Origin: an uncultured Gemmatimonadales bacterium
GTDB taxonomy: Bacteria > Gemmatimonadota > Gemmatimonadetes > Palauibacterales > Palauibacteraceae
DNA length: 64,000 nt
Reading direction: 5' to 3'
NCBI GenBank assembly: GCA_947259585.1
Contig: CAMYMV010000002.1
Span: 3,925-67,924 of the forward strand
Shown here: in pieces, positions 9,630 to 19,747 of the stretch
How the letters are laid out: every line of letters starts with the position of its first letter
How positions within the stretch are numbered: position 1 is the stretch's first letter
Notes under the pieces: generated by a model
What the model saw: the letters and a program-made list of their open reading frames with translations, nothing else
The model's database searches: none
What the model was told of the DNA's origin: nothing
Position numbers and translations under genes: made by a program

Positions 9630-10799
9630 CTACTCGTTCCGGCGGGTGACGACGAGCTGGTTCCCCTCGATCCGTTTCTTCCGGTAGCCGGCGAGGTGGA
9701 AGATCTGGAGGGCGTAGAAGCGCGCCACGTGCCGGTCGATGCGCAGCGTTCCGGGACGGTCGCGATCACGATGGACGCCCGGCAGAAACGGTAGCAGCGC
9801 GTCGAACCGGAGGTGGCGAAGGGCGGACGACACGTTGAGCCAGAAAGCGCTGAACTTCCGGATCACGAAGAAGCCGTCGTCGCCCTGCCGCTGATAGAGG
9901 GGCATGAGGATGCCTCCGCCCTCCGGCGCGCGCAGCTCGCCGCGGTCGGTCCTGCCGAGCAGATCTCCCTCGCTGATCGTCTGGAAGCTCACGAACCCGG
10001 GGAGCATCTGGAAGCCGTCGTTCTCACTGATGCCGTGGCGGTGCCTGACCTCCACCGCCTGGGGCAGGCCTTTCGTGGCCGCGGCGAGGCTCCTGCGGGA
10101 CTCCTGCACGGCCGGGACAGCGTCGGGTTCGATGAGGACGTCCGTCTCGGCCAACGCCAGCCAGACGGCCGCCCCGCAGTGGTCCACCGACCGGGGATCG
10201 TCGTGCTGCCCGCCCTCGAAGCCGAGCGTTATGAACCCTTCGCCATCCAGGTGATTGAGCAGGGTGTGATCCAGGTGTTCCTCGAGGCCCAACACGTGAG
10301 GCACCGGGAAGCTGAGGGCGAAGCGGCGATTGCGTAAGGTGTCCATCGCCGTGGCGAACGGCGGACTCTCCCCGGATGTGGTATGGACGTCGAGGCAGTA
10401 GACATCACCGCGGGCTCGAGCCACGGCCGAGTCGATCTCCTCGAGCAGCTGCCCGGCTTCCAGGTCTTCGGCGTCCTCGAGAGCGTCCGCTTCGTGAGCC
10501 CTGAGCGCCGCCACCTTCGCCGGAGACCAGTGGCGGTTGAGGTCCGAGTCCACGAAGCGGTCTCCCCGCGACACGGCGGTGAGGTTCCCGACGAGGCCGA
10601 TGACCTCGCCCCTGATCGGCGGCCGCTCCGCCTCGAGGCGCGCGAAGACCTTCTCCAGGGCCCGCAGGCCGGCCGGCTCGTTGCCGTGAAGGGAAGCCGT
10701 CACCAGCAGGGTCGGCCCGGCGGCTTCCCCGATCAGCTGGCCGACTACGCGATCGACTTCCAAGGCAAGCAGCGGCTCCGTACTCAAAACGATGGACAT
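9630..10799 (-). CDS. Succinylglutamate desuccinylase/aspartoacylase (M14-like) family protein
   Basis: LHGNEPAG, DLNR, LDVHTTS and FEGGQH motifs. Confidence 0.88.
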   Translation of the reverse strand: MSIVLSTEPLLALEVDRVVGQLIGEAAGPTLLVTASLHGNEPAGLRALEKVFARLEAERPPIRGEVIGLVGNLTAVSRGDRFVDSDLNRHWSPAKVAALRAHEADALEDAEDLEAGQLLEEIDSAVARARGDVYCLDVHTTSGESPPFATAMDTLRNRRFALSFPVPHVLGLEEHLDHTLLNHLDGEGFITLGFEGGQHDDPRSVDHCGAAVWLALAETDVLIEPDAVPAVQESRRSLAAATKGLPQAVEVRHRHGISENDGFQMLPGFVSFQTISEGDLLGRTDRGELRAPEGGGILMPLYQRQGDDGFFVIRKFSAFWLNVSSALRHLRFDALLPFLPGVHRDRDRPGTLRIDRHVARFYALQIFHLAGYRKKRIEGNQLVVTRRNE

Positions 10800-10852
10800 C
10801 CGTTCATGCTCGACACTCCAACGACGTCAGGCAAGGGTCATGCCCGCCCCGA

Positions 10853-11506
10853 CTATGGGTAGAGCCGCGTCACGGACCAGCCGTCCTGGTCGCGACGGAA
10901 GCGAATGCGATCGTGCAGCCGGTTCACTCGGCCCTGCCAGAACTCGATGACGTCGGGACGGAGCCGGAAGCCGCCCCAGAACGGCGGAAGCGGGATCTCC
11001 TCGCCCTCGAACTCCGCCTCTCGCTCCCGGAATCGCCGCTCCAGCTCCTGGCGGCTCGTGAGAACCGAGCTTTGTTCGGATGCCCAGGCACCCAGACGGC
11101 TGCCCCGCGAGCGAGTCCTGAAGTAGGCGAAGCTCTCCTCCTCGCTCAGCCGCTCGATCGAGCCCTCCACCCTCACCTGACGGTGCAGGATGTTCCAGTA
11201 GACGAGGAATGCGGCCCGCGCGTTCTCTGCGAGCTCGGCGGCCTTCCGGCTCTCGTAGTTCGTGTAGAAGACGAACCCGCGGGCGTCGAATCCCTTCAGC
11301 AGCATCATGCGAACCGACGGCTCGCCGTCCGGCGTGGCCGTGGAAAGCGCGATCGCCTCGGGAAGGAAAAGCCCCGACTTCTTCGCCGAGGAGAACCATC
11401 GGTCGAAGAGGGCAATAGGGTCCGACCCGGCCGAGGACTCGGAGAGTCCGCCGACCGTCCCCTTTCCGACCGTGAGGAAGGAGCGCAGGATGGTGCGAAT
11501 TGACAT
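10853..11506 (-). CDS. pdxH: Pyridoxine/pyridoxamine 5'-phosphate oxidase
   Basis: RMMLLKG, FYTNYESRK, RQVRVEG and EFWQGR.NRLHDR motifs. Confidence 0.95.
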   Translation of the reverse strand: MSIRTILRSFLTVGKGTVGGLSESSAGSDPIALFDRWFSSAKKSGLFLPEAIALSTATPDGEPSVRMMLLKGFDARGFVFYTNYESRKAAELAENARAAFLVYWNILHRQVRVEGSIERLSEEESFAYFRTRSRGSRLGAWASEQSSVLTSRQELERRFREREAEFEGEEIPLPPFWGGFRLRPDVIEFWQGRVNRLHDRIRFRRDQDGWSVTRLYP

Positions 11507-11561
11507 TGGCGAAACGGTCGCGGCACCCGGCGGGCCTGTCAAGCGACCAACGAGGGGACTC

Positions 11562-13187
11562 ATGCACGCACCCGGCTTCGAGGATGAGAGAAGGGACTAT
11601 CGGCTGGAGGTCCCGGAGCACTTCAACTTCAGCCGCGACGTCATCGATCGCTGGGCAGAGGATCCGCAGCGCAGGGCGCTGTGGTGGATCGACGACCACG
11701 GCAAAGAGCGGCAGTGGACCTTCGCCGAGCTCGCCCGAGACAGCCGGATGGTCGCCGGCGGTCTGGCACGCCTCGGCATCAGGCGCGGCGATGTGGTCCT
11801 CGTGCTCCTTCCGAGAGTCATCGAGTGGTGGTTGGCGAGCCTCGGATGCTTCCGCCTCGGCGCCGTGGTCAGTCCCGGTACGATCCAGCTCTCGGCGAAG
11901 GACATCGCGCACCGGATCGAGGCGGCCGGCGCCGCGTGCGTCATCACGATCCCGGAGCTCGCACCGCGGGTGGAGGAGGCCGTCGAGACCCTGGGCGGCT
12001 CGTCGCCGCTAAAGGCTTGCATCGCCGCCGGTGGAGCCTGGCGGCCGGGGTGGTACGGCTTCGCGGATCTGCTCGAAGGCTCCGAGGAGTTCGAGACGGC
12101 CGACACCAGAAGCGACGAGATGGCCCTTCTCTACTTCACGTCGGGCACGACGGGCGGGCCGAAGATGACCGTACACACCCACGCTTCCTATCCGCTCGGC
12201 CACCTTATCACCGGCAAGTTCTGGCTCGACCTCACCGAGCACGATGTCCACTGGAACATCACCGACACCGGTTGGGCCAAGGCGGGCTGGAGCTCGATCT
12301 TCGGGCCCTGGCACATGGGAGCGACGATCTTCGCGCACCACGAGGAGCGATTTCACGTGAGGCGGGCGCTGGAGATACTGGAGGAGTACCCGATCACCTC
12401 CGTGTGCGCTCCGCCGACCATGCTGCGCATGTTCGTGCTCGAGGATCTCTCGCGGTACGATTTCTCGACCCTTCGCTCGGTCGTGACGGCAGGAGAGCCG
12501 CTGAATCCCGAGACGTACGAGAGCTGGGAGGCCGCGACCGGAATCACGATTCGCGAGGGCTACGGGCAAACCGAGACGGTCGTCATCGTCGGGGCCTTCC
12601 GAGGTGTGGCACCCCGCCCCGGCTCGATGGGCGTCGCGGCCCCGGGCTACGATCTCCAGGTCATCGATGACGACGGAAACGTGCTTCCATCGGGTCGGGA
12701 GGGCGACCTCGCGGTGCGCGTGAAGCCGGAGCGTCCCGTAGGGCTGTTCCTGGAGTACTGGAAAGAGCCCGAGCGCACGGCGCGGTTCTTCAAGGGTGAT
12801 TGGTACATCACCGGCGATCGGGCCGTGCGTGACGACGACGGATACTTCCATTTCGTCGGCCGGGCCGACGACGTGATCCTGTCCGCCGCCTATCGGATCG
12901 GGCCGTTCGAAGTCGAGAGCGCTTTGCTCGAGCACGAGGCCGTGGCCGAGTCCGCGGTCGTGGCGAGCCCGGATCCGGTTCGGGGGTCCGTGGTCAAGGC
13001 CTTCGTCGTGTTGTCGCCGGGCTTCGAGCCTAGCGTGGACCTGGCTCGCCAGCTCCAGCAGTTCGTGAAGCGCACGACGGCCCCTTACAAGTATCCGCGG
13101 AAGGTCGAGTTCGTGGCCGAATTGCCCAAGACGGTAAGCGGCAAGATCCGTCGCGCCGAGCTACGCCAGCGCGAGGCCGAAGGGTAG
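11562..13187 (+). CDS. Medium-chain acyl-CoA synthetase (AMP-forming)
   Basis: FTSGTTGGPK, EGYGQTET, TGDR, GRADD and PKTVSGKI motifs; GAGGGG RBS before ATG 11562. Confidence 0.93.
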   Translation: MHAPGFEDERRDYRLEVPEHFNFSRDVIDRWAEDPQRRALWWIDDHGKERQWTFAELARDSRMVAGGLARLGIRRGDVVLVLLPRVIEWWLASLGCFRLGAVVSPGTIQLSAKDIAHRIEAAGAACVITIPELAPRVEEAVETLGGSSPLKACIAAGGAWRPGWYGFADLLEGSEEFETADTRSDEMALLYFTSGTTGGPKMTVHTHASYPLGHLITGKFWLDLTEHDVHWNITDTGWAKAGWSSIFGPWHMGATIFAHHEERFHVRRALEILEEYPITSVCAPPTMLRMFVLEDLSRYDFSTLRSVVTAGEPLNPETYESWEAATGITIREGYGQTETVVIVGAFRGVAPRPGSMGVAAPGYDLQVIDDDGNVLPSGREGDLAVRVKPERPVGLFLEYWKEPERTARFFKGDWYITGDRAVRDDDGYFHFVGRADDVILSAAYRIGPFEVESALLEHEAVAESAVVASPDPVRGSVVKAFVVLSPGFEPSVDLARQLQQFVKRTTAPYKYPRKVEFVAELPKTVSGKIRRAELRQREAEG

Positions 13188-13200
13188 GGGATCGGCCGGC

Positions 13201-14526
13201 TCAGGACTCGGCGTCCGGCTGCAGGCCCGACCGCACCTCGGAGGCGAAGTGGCTCCACGCCTCGTTCACCTGCTCGGCCAACTCGCCGCTCAACCGCTCG
13301 ATCTCGCCGGGGTGTGCGTCCAGGTGCTCGAGCAGCTGGCGCCGGAGGATCTGATCGAAGGGAGTGGCCGCTAGCTTCGGGTGGCCGATTCCCAGCTGCA
13401 CGCCCGCATCGAAGGCGACCTCGGCGAGCTCGTCCGGTGAGCGGAACGTCCGGTCGATGTCGATCTCCTCGTAATTATGCACCCAGCCGTGCGTCCAGAA
13501 GTTGCCCTCGGCGAGTCGGAGGTAACCCAACCACTGAAACGGCTCGTAGGAGATCCGAGCCTGGCTCAGGAGGACGCGCAGGGGGTCGTCGTCCTGGGTC
13601 TGGATGCAGTCGATACCGGCGAGGTCTCTCACTCGCTTGATCTCGATCACGTCGTCGTCCATCGGGTCGGGCGAAGGTCCCGCGACGCGGACAATGAACT
13701 TCGTGTCGAGCGCGCTTCCGACGCCCAGCGTCAGATAGCCCAGCCTCACCGGCGCGAAGTAGCCCCGATCGACCTGGGGGTGCTCCTCGACCATCGCCTC
13801 CGCGAAGCTGCGAAGCGCGTCGTGCAGTTCGCTCTCGACCTCGGGCGGTACCGGCTCCATCAGAGAGTCCACCCACGTCAGGTACCCCGGTGTGTCCTGG
13901 CTGAACGAGGATCGAAGGCGCTCGATGACCGCCGGCTCCGGCGCCTCGATAGCGGGATCCTCGAGCGCGGAGGCGTAGCCCCGGAGAAAGGTGCGCACGA
14001 GTTCTTCCTCCGCCACCTCGTCCCAGCTATTGATCCGGCTTGCCAGCCGCAGGGACACGGCGAACCGGATGAGATCCAGAAAGGGCGGGCCCTGCGATGA
14101 ATCGTCGAAATCGGTGAGCCCCCGGCCGAGATCGGTGATTGCGTACTGCTCGACGTGCGCATCGCCATGCAGGTTCAGTTGGAAGGAACGGGCCTGCTCG
14201 GAGGAGAGGGCGCTCAGTTGGTCCGCAAAGAGATCGCAAACGCGCCGGCTGAAGGGGACGTTGATGAATCGGAAGTAGCCGTGCGGGTCGGCGAGCAGCC
14301 GGTCGAGTAGGTCGGGGTTCTCCGAGAAGTCGAAGTCCGCGGGGTCGACATAGAGCGAGGCGGCTCCCGCTGAGAGGGCACGCTCGCTCCGCTCGTCCAG
14401 TTCCGAGCGCCGTTCGGTTTCTCGATCCGCGCTCCCGTCCCCGGGTGAGCAGGCCGCTGCCAGCGCCAGGCCCAGGAAGCCAGCTGCGCAACGCACCAGG
14501 GCACGCGCCATCGTCATCCTGGGCAT
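13201..14526 (-). CDS. Lipoprotein with DUF2252-like (kinase-like) domain
   Basis: Lipobox LAAAC; LHGDAH, TDFDD and GVGS motifs. Start could also be 14517 or 14511. Confidence 0.7.
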   Translation of the reverse strand: MPRMTMARALVRCAAGFLGLALAAACSPGDGSADRETERRSELDERSERALSAGAASLYVDPADFDFSENPDLLDRLLADPHGYFRFINVPFSRRVCDLFADQLSALSSEQARSFQLNLHGDAHVEQYAITDLGRGLTDFDDSSQGPPFLDLIRFAVSLRLASRINSWDEVAEEELVRTFLRGYASALEDPAIEAPEPAVIERLRSSFSQDTPGYLTWVDSLMEPVPPEVESELHDALRSFAEAMVEEHPQVDRGYFAPVRLGYLTLGVGSALDTKFIVRVAGPSPDPMDDDVIEIKRVRDLAGIDCIQTQDDDPLRVLLSQARISYEPFQWLGYLRLAEGNFWTHGWVHNYEEIDIDRTFRSPDELAEVAFDAGVQLGIGHPKLAATPFDQILRRQLLEHLDAHPGEIERLSGELAEQVNEAWSHFASEVRSGLQPDAES

Positions 14527-14533
14527 CCCACGC

Positions 14534-15364
14534 TCAACCGAAGGAGGGGCAGAGATCCAGCAGGTCGTGATAGAGAAGGCGAGCCAACACCTTCTCTCGA
14601 TACTCGGCGGTCGAGCGGATGTCATCGATCGGAGTCACATCCTCGCGGATGGCGGGCAGGAGGTCGTCCGACCCTCTCACCTCGGTACCCTGCTCGAGGA
14701 TCCGCTCCACCGCCGGGCAGCGGCATACGAACGGCGCCACGCTGTTGGCCACCACCCGCCACCCGGCATCGGATCTCGTCACCGCCACTCCTACTTTCGT
14801 GATCGCCTGCGCCCGTCGCTGGCCCACTTTCTCGAAGATCTGGACGTCGTAGGCGCGGCGCGGCACCCGAATCTCCGTCACCAGCTCGTCCGGCGACCGC
14901 CGCATCTCCTTGTACCCAGAATAGAACCCCGAGAGAGGCACCTCGCTCCGGCCGCGGGTCGACTCGAGCACGACGACCGCGTCATACGCCATCAGCACCG
15001 GCACACCATCCGCCGCCGGGGAGGCGTTGACGATGTTCCCGGCCCAGCTGCCGCGCGTCTGGATCTGAATGGAGCCTACCTGCCGCGCCGCGTCGATGAG
15101 GAGCGGAAGCTCGTTCCAGGCGCGCTGGTCCTCGATGATGTCCCAGTACGTCGTGAGTCCTCCAAGGACCAGCTCGTCGGTCTCCCAGCGATGCGGACGG
15201 AGCTCCTCCACGCCCGACAGGTCCAGGTAGGAGCGCTCGTGCAGCTCGGTGTGCTGAGGCCAATGAACGAGCAGGTCCGTGCCGCCGGCCATGGGCACCA
15301 GATCGGGATCGGCGGCGAGGGTCTCGAGCGCCTCGGCCAGGGAAGCGGGGAGGAGAACGCTCAC
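14534..15364 (-). CDS. Xanthine dehydrogenase-family FAD-binding subunit
   Basis: AGGTDL, GNIVNASPAAD and IDDIRSTAEYR motifs. Confidence 0.92.
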   Translation of the reverse strand: MSVLLPASLAEALETLAADPDLVPMAGGTDLLVHWPQHTELHERSYLDLSGVEELRPHRWETDELVLGGLTTYWDIIEDQRAWNELPLLIDAARQVGSIQIQTRGSWAGNIVNASPAADGVPVLMAYDAVVVLESTRGRSEVPLSGFYSGYKEMRRSPDELVTEIRVPRRAYDVQIFEKVGQRRAQAITKVGVAVTRSDAGWRVVANSVAPFVCRCPAVERILEQGTEVRGSDDLLPAIREDVTPIDDIRSTAEYREKVLARLLYHDLLDLCPSFG

Positions 15365-15837
15365 CCGGCCTCCCGATCCTCCAACGCACCCTCGATGCCT
15401 TCGATGATTCCGTCATATCCGGTGCATCGGCACAGGTTGCCCGCCATCAGCTCACGCACTGTGTGGGTCTCGAGTCGGTCCCGGTGCCGCAGGATCCACT
15501 CGGCGGTCATGACCACCCCCGGCGTGCAGGCGCCGCACTGTGTCGTACCGCGGGCGTGATAGTGCGCCATGCCCTCCGGATCCAGCGACTCGATGGTCTC
15601 CACGAGACGGCCACGCACCTGATAGGCGGGAACGAGGCAGGAGTCGACGGGAAGCCCGTCCAGGTAGACGGTGCACGCGCCGCACTCGCCCTCGGCGCAC
15701 CCCTCTTTCGTTCCGGTGAGTCCCAGACGGTAGCGAAGGAGATCCAGCAGTCGCTCCGAGGGGCTGACCTCCACCGTCGTCGGCTCTCCGTTGAGCGTGA
15801 AGGAGATCCGGATCGGATCGTCTCTCCCGTCGCTCAT
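15361..15837 (-). CDS. Xanthine dehydrogenase-family [2Fe-2S] subunit
   Basis: GCAEGECGACTV..SC, QCGACTPG and NLCRCTGY motifs. Confidence 0.94.
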   Translation of the reverse strand: MSDGRDDPIRISFTLNGEPTTVEVSPSERLLDLLRYRLGLTGTKEGCAEGECGACTVYLDGLPVDSCLVPAYQVRGRLVETIESLDPEGMAHYHARGTTQCGACTPGVVMTAEWILRHRDRLETHTVRELMAGNLCRCTGYDGIIEGIEGALEDREAG

Positions 15838-18098
15838 CGGTCGCCGTTAGCCAATAGGGCCATCAGTCGTTCGGGAGTGAGCGGGATCTCGGTGGGCTGC
15901 CGTCCGGTCGCCGCGGCGACCGCGTTCAATACGGCCGGCGCCGCGCCGACCAGGGGAAGCTCGCCAATGCCCTTGGCGCCCTGGGCTCCGTGCTCGTACG
16001 GGAACTCCACGAACTCGACCCGGATGGGCGGGAGATCTCCGCTCGTCGGGATGATGTAGTTGGTCAGCTGGCCGTTCTCCATCGCCCCATCCTTCCAGAC
16101 GCACTCCTCGAGCAGAGCCCAGCTGATTCCCTGGGCGACTCCGCCCTGAACCTGGCCTCTGGCCAGCGTCTCGTTCAGAACGGTCCCCACATCCTGCACG
16201 GAGACGAAATCCAGCACGCGCACGTCATACGTTCGCAGGTCGACCTCGACCTCGGCCACGTGTGCGGCCCAGCCGAACGCGCCGTACGCGTCTCCGACGT
16301 AGTTCTCCTCATCCCACTCGATCCCTGGCGGCGGCTCGTAACGCGCCTTCCCGAGCAGACGTTCTCCGGGGTGCGCCGAATGCCAGGCGATGATCGCCTC
16401 CTTCACCAGGGCACCCGGCGCGCCGATCTCCACTCCGGCCTTTCGGCACAGGTCGTCGCAGGCCCTCTCCACCAGCCGGCCGACGACCATCGCGGTCCTC
16501 GACCCGACGGTCGGTCCGCTGTCAGGTACCCGGTGCGTGTCGGGCTCGGCGATCGAGATCTCCGCCGGATCGTAGCCGAGGCGGTCGGAGGCCAGCTGCG
16601 TGAAGATCGTGACCTGCCCCTGACCCATCTCGGTGCTGGCGCAAAGAACCTGCACCTTCCCGTCCGGATTCCCTTCCACGTGGAGTCGCGAATCAAGCAT
16701 GACCTCGCCGCTTCCCGTGAAGCCGGCGCCGTGGTAGAAGGCGGCCATCCCGATTCCCCGCCGCAGGTAGCGGTGCTCCGGGTTCCGGACCCAGTGCTCT
16801 CTCCTTCTCCGCTCATAGTCCGAGAGCGCGAGCGCGCGATCCACGATCTGCAGCCGGTCCACTCCGTCGCTGATGACCTGGCCCGTGGCCGTCGTCTGTC
16901 CGTCTCGGATCATGTTGATGCGCCGCAGCTCTACCGGATCCATCCGAAGCCGATCAGCGATCACGTCCATGTGGCGCTCGACCGCGAAGTGGGCCTGCGG
17001 GTTGCCGAAGCCTCGAAAGGCGCCGTACGGCACCGAGTTCGTGAACATCGCCCGGCCCAGGATGCTCACGTTGTCGCAGTGATAGAGACCCGCCGCGTGG
17101 ATGATCGCTCGGCTGAGGACCACGGGGGTCAGGGTAAGGTAGGCGCCTCCGTCCATGACCACCTCGATCTCCTGCGCGATCAAACGCCCGTTCTCGTCCA
17201 CTCCCGTCCGGTGCCGGACCTGCGAGGGATGGCGCTTTGTCGTCGCGACCATGTCCTCCGTACGGTCGTAGATGAGCTTCACGGGCATCCGCGACTTGAG
17301 GGCGAGCAACCCCGCGTGCAGCGCCACCATGGAGGGGAACTCCTCCTTGCCCCCGAAGCCTCCGCCGGTCGGCGTCTGGATGACCTGGATCTCCTCTTCC
17401 GAACGGTTCAGCGCAGGCTTCAGCGCCTTCACGACGTAATAGGGGCATTGCATCGAGCCCTTGATGACCAGCACCTCGCCGTCCAGGTAGGCCAGCATGC
17501 CCTGCGTCTCGAGGTAGACATGCTCCTGGGCACCCGTCTCGTAGACGCCCTCGACCACGATCGGAGACTCGCCCAGCGCCCGCTCCACGTCGCCCTTCTG
17601 GATCGACAGTCGCTTGAGGACGTTGTTCTCGCCGTACTGGATCAGATCAGGACCCGGCAGCGTGCGGAAATCGAGAGCCGGCGGGTCGACGTCGACGATG
17701 ACCTGCACCTCGCGCAGCGCCCGGCGGGCCATCTCGCGCGACGGGTGGGCCAGCAGAAGGACCGGTTCGTGCACGTGACGAACGTAGCCGGGCGCCAGGG
17801 CCGGCTGATCGTATTCCATCAGGTAGACGGCGTTTCTACCAGGGATGTCCGTGTGGTCGACGATCACGAACTCGGACCAGTCCACACCGTCTCCGAAGAT
17901 GATGTCGGAGATGCGGCCTCTGGCCGCGGGGCTGCGGACCGTGGCTCCCCAGAGGAAGTCCTCCAGCGGAAGATCATCGACATAGCGCTCTCGCCCCGTC
18001 AGTTTGGAGAGGCCCTCACGACGGAGCATCGAGGAGCCTTCCGCCGCAACGTCGGCTAGCCTTCGGGGCCGCGGCTTCGTGGCCGGTCGAGAGCTCAT
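15834..18098 (-). CDS. Xanthine dehydrogenase-family molybdopterin-binding subunit
   Basis: QEHVYLE, GGGFGGKE, AFRGFG, EMGQG and AKGIGE motifs. Confidence 0.94.
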   Translation of the reverse strand: MSSRPATKPRPRRLADVAAEGSSMLRREGLSKLTGRERYVDDLPLEDFLWGATVRSPAARGRISDIIFGDGVDWSEFVIVDHTDIPGRNAVYLMEYDQPALAPGYVRHVHEPVLLLAHPSREMARRALREVQVIVDVDPPALDFRTLPGPDLIQYGENNVLKRLSIQKGDVERALGESPIVVEGVYETGAQEHVYLETQGMLAYLDGEVLVIKGSMQCPYYVVKALKPALNRSEEEIQVIQTPTGGGFGGKEEFPSMVALHAGLLALKSRMPVKLIYDRTEDMVATTKRHPSQVRHRTGVDENGRLIAQEIEVVMDGGAYLTLTPVVLSRAIIHAAGLYHCDNVSILGRAMFTNSVPYGAFRGFGNPQAHFAVERHMDVIADRLRMDPVELRRINMIRDGQTTATGQVISDGVDRLQIVDRALALSDYERRRREHWVRNPEHRYLRRGIGMAAFYHGAGFTGSGEVMLDSRLHVEGNPDGKVQVLCASTEMGQGQVTIFTQLASDRLGYDPAEISIAEPDTHRVPDSGPTVGSRTAMVVGRLVERACDDLCRKAGVEIGAPGALVKEAIIAWHSAHPGERLLGKARYEPPPGIEWDEENYVGDAYGAFGWAAHVAEVEVDLRTYDVRVLDFVSVQDVGTVLNETLARGQVQGGVAQGISWALLEECVWKDGAMENGQLTNYIIPTSGDLPPIRVEFVEFPYEHGAQGAKGIGELPLVGAAPAVLNAVAAATGRQPTEIPLTPERLMALLANGDR

Positions 18099-18202
18099 GG
18101 CAGGCACCACCGAGTAGAGTGTGAGACAATGATCGTCTCTGATGGTGGGGCTCCGTCTGCCGGCTAGCAACGGCAGCCTGGACCAGGAGATGAGATAAGC
18201 CG

Positions 18203-18679
18203 ATGAGCGACGATTCCAGCCGCTTCATGCGGGAAGCGCTTCGTTTCGCCGTCGAGAGCGCGGCATCGGGGAACGGCGGCCCGTTCGCGGCCGTGGTAGT
18301 GAAGGACGGCGAGGTCGTTGGCCGCGGGTCCAACGGTGTGACCGGGCAGAACGATCCGACGGCTCACGCCGAGGTGCAGGCGATCCGCGATGCCTGCGGG
18401 AATCTGAGTACGTTTCGGCTGGATGGTTGCGAGATCTACTGCAGCAGCGAGCCCTGCCCGATGTGTCTGGGCGCCATCTACTGGGCGCGGCTGGATCGGA
18501 TCTACTACGCCAACGATCGGGGCGTCGCGGCGGAGGCCGGATTCGACGATGCGTTCATCTACGACGAGATAGCCCGGCCGATCGGGCGCAGGGTCCTGCC
18601 GACGCGGCACCTGACCGTGGACGGCGCCGACGAGGCGTTTCGCGTATGGGAGGATCTGGAGGACCGGATCGAGTACTGA
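18203..18679 (+). CDS. guaD: Guanine deaminase-like nucleoside deaminase (cytidine deaminase fold)
   Basis: GGPF, DPTAHAE, EPCPMC.GAIYWA and GFDD.FIY motifs; C-terminal Tyr. Confidence 0.9.
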   Translation: MSDDSSRFMREALRFAVESAASGNGGPFAAVVVKDGEVVGRGSNGVTGQNDPTAHAEVQAIRDACGNLSTFRLDGCEIYCSSEPCPMCLGAIYWARLDRIYYANDRGVAAEAGFDDAFIYDEIARPIGRRVLPTRHLTVDGADEAFRVWEDLEDRIEY

Positions 18680-18703
18680 TCCGGCAGTTCCGCCCGAGAA
18701 CCG

Positions 18704-18883
18704 CTACCGCTTCTTCCTCACCTTCTTCAGAAGCTCGCGCGGATCCGGACCTGTCGTGCACTCCGAGCCGCCCGGGCTCACCGGTTCCGGCGGCCCCGGA
18801 AACCGCGGCGTGCACGGCGGCTTCGGGACGTGGTACGGGCGCTTGCGGTCGCGCGGAGCTCTCCCCCGGTTGCTCTTCGCCAT
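18704..18883 (-). CDS. Small basic Pro-rich hypothetical protein (59 aa)
   Basis: GGAGGAAAGG purine run upstream; fills the intergenic gap; no recognised motif. Confidence 0.4.
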   Translation of the reverse strand: MAKSNRGRAPRDRKRPYHVPKPPCTPRFPGPPEPVSPGGSECTTGPDPRELLKKVRKKR

Positions 18884-18983
18884 CTGAAACACCGCCTTTC
18901 CTCCGTTATTCTAGTCCAGCAGATGATCGTACGCATTCAGCCCGCTCCTTGTGTCGGACGTCACCGTCGGAGAGAGTGCGAGA

Positions 18984-19742
18984 ATGACCGCCCACGGAGC
19001 ACCGACGGGTCACGAGGCGGTGCGGATCGCCATGTGGTCCGGACCGCGCAACATCTCCACCGCTCTCATGCGATCCTGGGGGAGCCGGCCCGATACGTAC
19101 GTCTGCGATGAGCCGCTCTACGCCTTCTATCTGCTGGCCACCGGCCGGGACCACCCGGGCCGGGCGGAGATCCTGCGCGAGCACGACACGGACCCGGACC
19201 GGGTAGTCGCGTGGCTGACGGGAAGGGTCCCGGAGGGCAAGCGGATCTTCTATCAGAAGCAGATGGCCCATCACCTCCTGCCCGGCGTGGGGCGCGATTG
19301 GCTGAGCGAGGTCCGCCACGCGTTCCTCATCCGCGAGCCGGGGGAGATGCTCACCTCGCTGATCCGGGTCACGCCGGATCCCTGCCTCGCCGACACCGGG
19401 CTTCCGCAGCAGTGGGAGCTGTTCGAGCGGGCCGTCGCCGAGACGGGAACGTCGCCGCCCGTGGTCGACGCGCGAGACGTGCTCGAAGACCCGGCCGAGC
19501 TCCTGGTCGCCCTCTGCGCTGCCCTGGAGGTGCCGTTCATGGAGTGCATGCTCGCGTGGGAACCGGGGCCGCGCCCGACGGACGGCGTGTGGGCGAAGCA
19601 CTGGTATGCCTCCGTGGAAGCTTCGACGGCCTTCCGGCCGTATCGTCCGAAGCCCGATCGCGTGCCGGCGGGGCTGCAGGGGCTGCTCGACGAGTGCCGG
19701 CCGATCTACGACCGGCTGTACGCAGAACGCCTAACCGCCTGA
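18984..19742 (+). CDS. Sulfotransferase-like P-loop protein (family adjacent or fused to class IV aminotransferases)
   Basis: RIAMWSGPRNISTALMRSW, DEPLYA, YQKQMAHH and DGVWAKHWY motifs. Start could be 18951. Confidence 0.85.
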   Translation: MTAHGAPTGHEAVRIAMWSGPRNISTALMRSWGSRPDTYVCDEPLYAFYLLATGRDHPGRAEILREHDTDPDRVVAWLTGRVPEGKRIFYQKQMAHHLLPGVGRDWLSEVRHAFLIREPGEMLTSLIRVTPDPCLADTGLPQQWELFERAVAETGTSPPVVDARDVLEDPAELLVALCAALEVPFMECMLAWEPGPRPTDGVWAKHWYASVEASTAFRPYRPKPDRVPAGLQGLLDECRPIYDRLYAERLTA

Positions 19743-19747
19743 GACAG

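Noticed and set aside
15990-18059. 689-aa plus-strand ORF
   Set aside because: Antisense shadow of the molybdopterin subunit, expected in high-GC DNA.
19211-19747. Apparent long N-terminus or frameshift fusion of the aminotransferase
   Set aside because: Out-of-frame overlap with the upstream gene; a clean ATG exists at 19748.
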